Shown here piece after piece: positions 38,676-45,584 of a stretch of 45,584 bases of DNA. Source of the DNA: Verrucomicrobiota bacterium (GTDB lineage: Bacteria; Verrucomicrobiota; Verrucomicrobiia; Limisphaerales; JADJPG01); the NCBI GenBank assembly GCA_041166945.1, contig JBEEGQ010000219.1, positions 1-45,584 of the forward strand. Reading direction: 5' to 3'. The position numbers and the translations under genes were made by a program. The notes beneath the pieces were generated by a model. That model did no database searches, was not told where the DNA came from, and saw nothing but the letters and a program-made list of their open reading frames with translations. Each line of letters starts with the position of its first letter. Within the stretch, counting starts at the first letter, position 1.

Positions 38676-40982
38676 ATGACTTTCCATCCTTGGGTTCGTG
38701 TACTCCTGGTCTCCGTCATTTTCACCGTGACCGCGTCGGCCGCGGACCGGAAACGGGGCAGCGGGATGTTGCAGGAGGACTTTCCCTTCCAGGGCGCCTG
38801 CATCAGCGCGTTGTTTCCCGGGCATAACGTGGCGATGAAAGGACTGGCCATTCGTGTCGGGACAAATGCCGCGCTGTTGTTTGACACCGATCTGTTGCGC
38901 ATGGCGGCGGGTTGGACGGGCGGGTACATCGACACCCATGGCGTGGCATTCGACGGCGCGCACGCCGCGCATCCCAAGATCGTGGGGGATCAGGTGTTCG
39001 GATGTCGCGTGGGACCGGGCTGGGCGAACCGCGAGGGCAGTTTCGTGGATCCGCGTCCGGAGCCGTTCGGGCCGCTCGAAAACAAGTGGTGCCGATGGGA
39101 CGGCATTTATGTCGACGGCATGAACGTGAACCTGGCCTACACCGTGTTGGGCACGAAGATTCGCGAGCAGCCCGGGGTGGTGGAACACGACGGGGAATTC
39201 TTCTTCACGCGGACCTTCAAAATGGAAAAAGCCCAAAGCGATCTGGCACTGCTCATTTGCGATGTGGAAGGCGCCAGGGCCGCTCTCGACGGCAACACCG
39301 TGACTCTCACAACGGGGACAAATGTCATAGCCGTTCACCTGAAAGGGGCGCCGGGCAAACTGGAGATCGTCGATTCGTCACGGGTGATCCTGAAGCTGCC
39401 GAAAGGAGCGCGTGCCAGCACATTCCGTGTCGCGATAGGGCGCCGGCCAGCCGCAGGAGCGCAAAAAGTTCCGGCGATCCTTGAGCAGTTGCCGGCGATT
39501 TCCACTGTCACGAAAGGCGGAGTGGCCCACTGGCCGCAAGCGGTGATCACCAATGGCGTGCGGAATACCAGCGTGACACCGGACGGCGCGTATGCGACCG
39601 ATGCGCTCAATGCCCCGACTGACAACCCTTGGAAACGGCGCGTGCGATTCAGCGGAATGGATTTTTTCAAGGATGGCCGGCGCGCGGCGCTTTGCACGCA
39701 TGACGGGGACATCTGGGTTGTCAGCGGAATCGATGAAAACCTCGAGAAGCTGGAATGGCGGCGTTTTGCGTCGGGACAGTATGAGACGCTGGGGCTGGCG
39801 ATTGTGGACGACGTGATTTACACGAGCGGCCGCGATCAAGTGACGCGTTATCACGATCTGAATGGAGACGGCGAGGCGGATTATTATGAGAACTTCAACA
39901 ACGAGGTGATGAGCACGGAGGGCTTCCATGAATTTGTGTTCGATTTGCAGACCGACAAGGCCGGGAATTTCTATTTTGCAAAAGCCAATCCGGTGAATGG
40001 AGGCGGCGCCGGCTTCGGATCGGGCGGAGGCAACGGTGCGGTTTGCTCCCACTCCGGATGCCTGTTCAAGCTGGGCAAGGACGGCCGAAAGCTGGAGATC
40101 CTGGCGAGGGGTTTTCGGGCGCCAAACGGCATCGGGGTAAGTCCCGAGGGGCAGTTGACGACGAGTGACAACGAGGGAACCTGGGTGCCGACGACTCCGC
40201 TGAACTGGATCTGCGAGCCGATGCAATTCTGCGGGGTGATCAATAAACTGACTTCGAAGGAACTGTCCGACCGTTTTGTCCCGCCGCTGTGCTGGATCTC
40301 GAAGGAGTATGACAATTCCGGAGGCGGCCAGGTCTGGGTGACCAGCGATCGATGGGGTCCGTTTGGAGGACGTCTGCTGCACGAATCCTATGGCAGATCC
40401 AGCCTCTTCCTGGTGTTGGAGGAGCCGATCGGCGGCGGCCGGAGGCAGGGCGGCGTGGTGAAATTTCCGATCCACTTCACCTCGTCAGCAATGCGAGCCC
40501 GGTTCAACAAGCTGGATGGGCAGCTTTATGTGGCCGGGCTCAGTGAATGGCAGAGCAACGCCGGCAAGACGACCGGCTTCGACCGGGTCCGTTTCACCGG
40601 AAAACCGGTGTACGGCGTGAGCGCCCTGAAGGTTTTGAAAACGGGCGTGCAGCTGACTTTCACGCAACCGCTCGACACCGCCTTCGCCGCCGATGTGCAA
40701 AATTTCAGCGGCAAGCGCTGGAATTATCAGCGGACAGCTATTTATGGTTCGCCTGAATATTCGGTTGAAGAACCCGCGCAAAAAAAACGTGACCCCCTGA
40801 CGATTACCGGAACCCAGTTGAGCAAGGACGGCAGGACCCTGAGAGTGGATATCAGCGATCTCAAGCCGGTGATGAAACAAACCCTGAAATTCAATCTCAA
40901 AGCCGCGGACGGCACCCCCATTTCGCAGGAGATCCAGCACACGATCCACATGATACCCGACGCCAAACGCGCCAGCCGCTAA
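38676..40982 (+). CDS. Secreted DUF6797-like protein with glucose/sorbosone-dehydrogenase-like beta-propeller
   Basis: Signal peptide; FDTDLLRMAAGW, GDIWVVSG, DLNGDGEADYYENF, GFRAPNGIG, DNEGTWVPT, WGPFGG, RARF..DGQLYVAGL..W; no CxxCH; ATG at 38676. Confidence 0.75.
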   Translation: MTFHPWVRVLLVSVIFTVTASAADRKRGSGMLQEDFPFQGACISALFPGHNVAMKGLAIRVGTNAALLFDTDLLRMAAGWTGGYIDTHGVAFDGAHAAHPKIVGDQVFGCRVGPGWANREGSFVDPRPEPFGPLENKWCRWDGIYVDGMNVNLAYTVLGTKIREQPGVVEHDGEFFFTRTFKMEKAQSDLALLICDVEGARAALDGNTVTLTTGTNVIAVHLKGAPGKLEIVDSSRVILKLPKGARASTFRVAIGRRPAAGAQKVPAILEQLPAISTVTKGGVAHWPQAVITNGVRNTSVTPDGAYATDALNAPTDNPWKRRVRFSGMDFFKDGRRAALCTHDGDIWVVSGIDENLEKLEWRRFASGQYETLGLAIVDDVIYTSGRDQVTRYHDLNGDGEADYYENFNNEVMSTEGFHEFVFDLQTDKAGNFYFAKANPVNGGGAGFGSGGGNGAVCSHSGCLFKLGKDGRKLEILARGFRAPNGIGVSPEGQLTTSDNEGTWVPTTPLNWICEPMQFCGVINKLTSKELSDRFVPPLCWISKEYDNSGGGQVWVTSDRWGPFGGRLLHESYGRSSLFLVLEEPIGGGRRQGGVVKFPIHFTSSAMRARFNKLDGQLYVAGLSEWQSNAGKTTGFDRVRFTGKPVYGVSALKVLKTGVQLTFTQPLDTAFAADVQNFSGKRWNYQRTAIYGSPEYSVEEPAQKKRDPLTITGTQLSKDGRTLRVDISDLKPVMKQTLKFNLKAADGTPISQEIQHTIHMIPDAKRASR

Positions 40983-41186
40983 CCCGAAGGGGTCAGTCCC
41001 TACTATTTCAACTGAGACGAATTTTTTCCCGGCTGTTTCCACTTGCCCGCGCTGGTGCAAGCCGGAATAGTGCCCGCGATCCAAAACACCGTCCCGGACA
41101 ACGTGTGTTGCTATGCTGGCTGCCGTTTCCCAATTTTCCCCAGGTTTCGCGGAGCCCTCCTCGTTTCTGCTTATGGGCGTTCGATC

Positions 41187-43154
41187 ATGAGCAACGAATG
41201 GTGGATGGCGGGAGTCGTGGGCGCGCTGGCGCTGTTGTGGATCGGACGTCGCCTGGATTCGCGGAAGGGCTGGGTTTGCATCGTCGTCGCCATGGCAGCC
41301 ACCGCCGCCGGAATGTGGCAGTGGGAAAAAAGCCTGGCCCGCCGGGAGCGCTCCATGGGTTCATTGCGAGCGACAACGCCGCGTGAGGGCCGGCCCGGTG
41401 GATACGTCAGTTCGGACACGTGCCGGTCGTGTCACCCTTCCCAGCATGCCTCGTGGCACCATTCGTTTCATCGCACGATGACGCAGTATGCGTCCCCGGA
41501 AAGTGTTCGTGGAAATTTTCAAAATATTTCCCTGAGTTATGCGGGCAAGCGCTATGAATTCAGGGAGAGGGCGGGCGAATTTTATTGTGAGATGGTGGAT
41601 CCCGACTGGGAATATGTGGAGATCTTGAAACGACGTTCGCGAGATTCGCCGGCGCCCATTGCGCCGGCCGAGTATGCGACGGCGCCGCGGGTTGAGAAAC
41701 GGGTGGGGCTGGTGACGGGATCTCATTCGATGCAGGCCTACTGGGTTTCGAGCCGGTTTGGGAACATGCAATTCAGCCTGCCCTTCACCCATGTGTTGGA
41801 GCTGTCGCGATGGGTGCCGCGAAACGATGTGTTTCTGCTCGATCCCCAGCGCCCGTGGATCCCCGACGTGTGGAATGTGAATTGCATCCAATGTCATGCC
41901 ACCGCCGGACAGCCGCGTCAGGATCCGAAAACCGCCGTCATCGATTCGCGCGCCGCCGAACTGGGGATCTCATGCGAAGCGTGCCACGGGCCAGCGGAGG
42001 AACATGTGCGGGTGAACGCGGATCCCCGCCGGCGTTATGATTTTCATGCGGATGGAAAAAGCGATCCGACCATTTTCAATCCGGCGCGGGCGGATCACAT
42101 CAAATCCTCTGAAACCTGCGGGCAATGTCACGCGATACGCACCCGGGCACGTCCTGCGGAATGGCAACAAGATGGATTTCCATTCAAGCCGGGCGAGGCG
42201 ATCGAGAGCTGCGCGCCCTTGCATCGATTTCAGGAGACGGAGCTGCGCGGCCCGGCTGGGGACGCGCAAAGGCACCTGGCGGAAGGCAGTTACTGGCCCG
42301 ATGGGATGATACGGATCTCAGGACGCGACTTCAGCGCGATGAGCACCTCGGCGTGTTACAAACGAGGAGAACTTTCCTGCCTTTCCTGCCATTCGATGCA
42401 TCAATACGAGGACCATGACGACCAGTTGAGCCGCGAGGGAGAGGGAAATGCGGCGTGCGTCCAATGTCACACCGCTTATGAATCGCAGCTCGAGCAACAC
42501 ACTCATCACAAAAGCGGATCGTCGGGCAGTCTCTGTTACAATTGTCATATGCCGCATACCGCGTATGGGCTGATGAAAGCCATTCGGAGTCACCAGATCG
42601 ATTCGCCTTCAATCCAATCCAGCATCGCGACCGGCCGTCCCAACGCGTGCAATCTTTGTCACCTGGATCGCTCCCTCGGTTGGGCTGCGACGGCACTCCA
42701 CACCTGGTACGGGCGCGCGGTCCCTGCGCTGGCTGCCGACGAACACGAGATTTCGGCAGCGGCAAAATGGATTCTTAGCGGCGACGCGGGACAACGGGCG
42801 GTGGTAGCCTGGCATTTTGGATGGGGACCGGCGGCAGCGGCGTCCGGGCGCGACTGGCTGGCGCCTTATCTTGCGGAATTATTGCGGGATCCCTACGCGG
42901 TGGTGCGCCATGTTGCGAGCCGATCGCTTCGCCGGTTGAAGGGGTTTGAGGATTTCCCTTACGACTACATCGGCCCCGAGGTGGAACGCGGGCGCGCCAG
43001 CGAACGGGCGCTTGAGATTTGGAATGCGTCGGCGCGTTCGCAGCGGCCGGGGGGCGCCGCGGTGTTGATGGACCCCTCCGGCTCGCTGGATCGCGAAAGG
43101 TTCTCGGCCCTTGTCCGTCGCCGCAACAATCGACCGTTGGAACTTCTCGAATGA
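41187..43154 (+). CDS. Membrane-anchored octaheme c-type cytochrome (c554-like) with C-terminal HEAT-like region
   Basis: Eight CxxCH motifs (CRSCH, CIQCH, CEACH, CGQCH, CLSCH, CVQCH, CYNCH, CNLCH); two N-terminal TMs; ATG at 41187. Confidence 0.9.
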   Translation: MSNEWWMAGVVGALALLWIGRRLDSRKGWVCIVVAMAATAAGMWQWEKSLARRERSMGSLRATTPREGRPGGYVSSDTCRSCHPSQHASWHHSFHRTMTQYASPESVRGNFQNISLSYAGKRYEFRERAGEFYCEMVDPDWEYVEILKRRSRDSPAPIAPAEYATAPRVEKRVGLVTGSHSMQAYWVSSRFGNMQFSLPFTHVLELSRWVPRNDVFLLDPQRPWIPDVWNVNCIQCHATAGQPRQDPKTAVIDSRAAELGISCEACHGPAEEHVRVNADPRRRYDFHADGKSDPTIFNPARADHIKSSETCGQCHAIRTRARPAEWQQDGFPFKPGEAIESCAPLHRFQETELRGPAGDAQRHLAEGSYWPDGMIRISGRDFSAMSTSACYKRGELSCLSCHSMHQYEDHDDQLSREGEGNAACVQCHTAYESQLEQHTHHKSGSSGSLCYNCHMPHTAYGLMKAIRSHQIDSPSIQSSIATGRPNACNLCHLDRSLGWAATALHTWYGRAVPALAADEHEISAAAKWILSGDAGQRAVVAWHFGWGPAAAASGRDWLAPYLAELLRDPYAVVRHVASRSLRRLKGFEDFPYDYIGPEVERGRASERALEIWNASARSQRPGGAAVLMDPSGSLDRERFSALVRRRNNRPLELLE

Positions 43155-43633
43155 CAACTCCTCTTCCTGGCCGAACTGGCGATGAGCCGGCGGGCCTTGT
43201 GCAAAAACATCTTCGATTCGGCTGGTGGACATTATTGATTTTCCTGACGTTGGGAATCGTCCTGGAGGCCCTGCACGGATTCAAGGTTGGAGCGTATTTG
43301 AATGTGTCGAACGAGACGCGGCGACTGATGTGGACGCTGGCGCACGCGCACGGGACGTTGCTGGGCCTGGTGAATCTGGCGTTTGCTTTCACGGTGGATC
43401 GCGTTGCCGAATGGCCGCCCCGAGGCCGAAGCCGGGCGTCGATCTGCCTGCGGGGGGCCACTGTGTTGTTACCCGCGGGATTTTTCCTGGGCGGCTGGTT
43501 TGTGCACGGCGGCGATCCGGGGGTCGGAATCCTGCTGGTTCCACTCGGGGCGCTGCTGTTGTTGATTTCGGTATTGCTCGCGGCACTGAGTGTCCGGGGG
43601 ATCCGAACCGGCCGTCCCGGCCGGCAACGTTGA
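43151..43633 (+). CDS. 4-TM membrane protein with AHAHG motif (possible heme b binding)
   Basis: ATGA overlap with the cytochrome stop; LEALHG and LAHAHGTLLG His motifs within four hydrophobic segments. Confidence 0.75.
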   Translation: MTTPLPGRTGDEPAGLVQKHLRFGWWTLLIFLTLGIVLEALHGFKVGAYLNVSNETRRLMWTLAHAHGTLLGLVNLAFAFTVDRVAEWPPRGRSRASICLRGATVLLPAGFFLGGWFVHGGDPGVGILLVPLGALLLLISVLLAALSVRGIRTGRPGRQR

Positions 43634-43697
43634 CGGACGGGCTGGCGGGAAAAAATTCTGGCGTGCGGGAATGCGGTGCGTAACCTGCCTGCAACCC

Positions 43698-44549
43698 ATG
43701 ATGACGAAACCCGAAACGAGTGACAAAATGTTCACGCGCCGCGCGGTGCTCGGACGGTTGGGCGCCGGAGGACTGCTGGCCCTGGGCTTGTGGCCTGGCG
43801 CATTGCGGGCAGCGGAACGGGGCGGAGGTCGAAGCTTTCGGTTCCTGGTGGTCAACGACACGCATGCCGTCAGTCCCGAATGCGCCGGATATTTCACGGG
43901 GCTCGTGGATGAAATGAAAAAGGAGAAAGCCGAGCTCTGCCTGCACGCCGGGGACGTCACCGACAAGGGCGAACGCCAGTATTTCGGAATGATGCGCGAA
44001 GTGTTCAGCGGCCTAAAATGCCCCTGGTATCCGGTCATCGGGAATCACGATTACGACACACCCACCGGGCGGACCGAATACGTGAGAGCGTTCCCCCGGC
44101 GGATCAATTATTACTTCACGCACGGTGGCTGGCAGTTCGTCGGACTGGATACCTCGGACGGCCAGAAATACGAAAAAACAGCAGTCCCTGCAGCGACGTT
44201 TCAATGGCTCGATGAAAATCTTCGGCGATTGAACAAACGAAAACCCACGGTGGTGTTCACTCATTTTCCGATGGGTGAAGAGGTGAAATATCGTCCGTCG
44301 AATGCGGATGCGCTGTTGCTGCGTTTCCTGGATTTTAACCTGCAAGCGGTTTTTTGCGGCCACTATCACAGCTTCACTGAGCGGGTTGCGCGAGACGTGC
44401 CCGTCACGACCAACAAATGTTGTTCGTTGAAGCGGGGCAATCACGATGGCACGAAGGAGAAGGGTTATTTCGTCTGCGAGACCCGCGATGGAAGATTGAC
44501 GCGGCGATTTGTGGAATACACGCCTGTCGCAGCGCCGGCGGGCGCCTGA
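43698..44549 (+). CDS. Tat-exported calcineurin-like metallophosphoesterase
   Basis: TRRAVL twin-arginine signal; NDTH, GDVTD, GNHD, THFP and GHYH motifs; start at 43698, 43701 or 43728. Confidence 0.88.
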   Translation: MMTKPETSDKMFTRRAVLGRLGAGGLLALGLWPGALRAAERGGGRSFRFLVVNDTHAVSPECAGYFTGLVDEMKKEKAELCLHAGDVTDKGERQYFGMMREVFSGLKCPWYPVIGNHDYDTPTGRTEYVRAFPRRINYYFTHGGWQFVGLDTSDGQKYEKTAVPAATFQWLDENLRRLNKRKPTVVFTHFPMGEEVKYRPSNADALLLRFLDFNLQAVFCGHYHSFTERVARDVPVTTNKCCSLKRGNHDGTKEKGYFVCETRDGRLTRRFVEYTPVAAPAGA

Positions 44550-44580
44550 CGCGAGGGGCAGCCGGAGCATGCAGTGAGGG

Positions 44581-44634
44581 CCTCGCCCTTCCGTCCATTT
44601 CCGAAAGCAGGGTGCCCGAAGGGCGGATGAGGAG
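44581..44634. repeat. Degenerate third copy of repeat family 2
   Basis: TCCATTTCCGAAA-GCAGGGTGCCCGAAGGGCGGATGAGGAGG matches the reverse complement of the 38488-38566 copy, with an internal deletion. Confidence 0.6.
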
Positions 44635-44716
44635 GGTTAGCCAGCTACGGGGCCTTGGTTTGGGTGCCGGAAAAGCGCTGGTTTGACAGGCGTTTTAGTG
44701 CTACTCATTGGCACCT

Positions 44717-45584
44717 ATGTTCTATCAGAAGCTGTTGTTGGCGGGGTGTGTTCCTATCGTTCTATCAGCCACAACCCTGTTCGCGCAGATCTCGATCAGT
44801 GGGGTTGCGGACAAATCGACCTACAACGATTCGGTCACGCTCACCGTGGCGGCCCAGGCCAACTACAACTACAACGCGACGTTGAACTGGAAATCGATTG
44901 CGGTGGGAACGGCGATGGTCGTGAACAAGCCGGACTTCTATGAACTGCGGGTCGATGCGACGAACCAGACGACGAGCGCGGTGACGAGCCAATATCTTCG
45001 GTTCATCGTCAATTCCAGTGAGAGGGTGGGTACCGAGTGGGGCTTGCCGCCGCACATTCCGTTCCCGACCATTCAATCCTCGACCGCGGAATTTTCCGCC
45101 GCTCATCTGCGCCTGGTATTGCCGGCAGCGTTTCCAGCAGGATACCCGATCCCGATGGTCGCGTGGGTGGTGGATGACCAGGATCACGCTGTTCGTGCCA
45201 ACGGATTTTTACAGAATGCAGAGACAGCCTTGTTCCAGTTGAAGCGGGGTGTGGGTTCCGGTTTTTTGAAACCGTTGGCGGCCCCGGGCGCGCTGAACTT
45301 ATCGCTGAACGTGGGCGGCGCCATGACAACCAATGCCAGTGTGACGATTGAAACCGGCGTGGCGTGGACGCCGGTATCGGGAACATTAAGCGGCACGACT
45401 GTTTGGCCGGACAACGCGCGCATCCAGATCACCGGTGGAACGATAGTGCCGGCCGGATCGTCCCTGACCGTGGGGGCGGGGGTTGTCGTGCGGGTGAATG
45501 CGGGAGTGGACATCACGAACAACGGGTCGATCACGATCCATGGCACGCTGCAAAATCCGTCGGTGTTCATGGGGACAACGGCGG
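44717..45584 (+). CDS. Partial secreted protein, probably beta-helix/surface protein (runs off the window end)
   Basis: Open frame from ATG 44717 to the window end: MFYQKLLLAGCVPIVLSATTLFAQISISGV...VPAGSSLTVGAGVVVRVNAGVDITNNGSITIHGTLQNPSVF; absent from the ORF track because it has no stop. Confidence 0.75.
   Translation, partial: MFYQKLLLAGCVPIVLSATTLFAQISISGVADKSTYNDSVTLTVAAQANYNYNATLNWKSIAVGTAMVVNKPDFYELRVDATNQTTSAVTSQYLRFIVNSSERVGTEWGLPPHIPFPTIQSSTAEFSAAHLRLVLPAAFPAGYPIPMVAWVVDDQDHAVRANGFLQNAETALFQLKRGVGSGFLKPLAAPGALNLSLNVGGAMTTNASVTIETGVAWTPVSGTLSGTTVWPDNARIQITGGTIVPAGSSLTVGAGVVVRVNAGVDITNNGSITIHGTLQNPSVFMGTTA

Noticed and set aside
40988-41011. GGGGTCAGTCCCTACTATTTCAAC as a transposon or MITE end
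   Set aside because: It resembles terminal motifs of some mobile elements but is single-copy here, with no partner end or transposase; it needs a genome-wide search

Overview
A GC-rich bacterial chromosomal window with about 38 protein-coding genes and one tRNA-Val(CAC). The DUF1549/DUF1553 + DUF1501 pair, a DUF6797-like propeller and an exosortase/EpsI locus suggest a PVC-superphylum organism, most likely Verrucomicrobiota (inference). Housekeeping genes (queG, aroK, trpS, ptsI, hpt, bcp, a DnaJ/CbpA homologue, a long U32 protein, pilC-like) are mixed with poorly characterised accessory genes. I saw no transposase, integrase, prophage or CRISPR array. Two dispersed palindromic repeat families are visible, each with a compensatory stem substitution. 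The best candidates for undescribed systems are three. (i) A secreted 'HEWGTF' protein lies upstream of a histidine kinase and an OmpR-type regulator and is preceded by four phased 11-bp-period direct repeats. (ii) An octaheme c-type cytochrome is translationally coupled to a 4-TM 'AHAH' membrane protein, downstream of a beta-propeller dehydrogenase-like gene. (iii) A possibly leaderless 24-aa uORF with alternative hairpins precedes a TetA-like MFS exporter. All family assignments come from motif recognition by eye; no searches were run. Several start codons are re-called relative to the ORF track.
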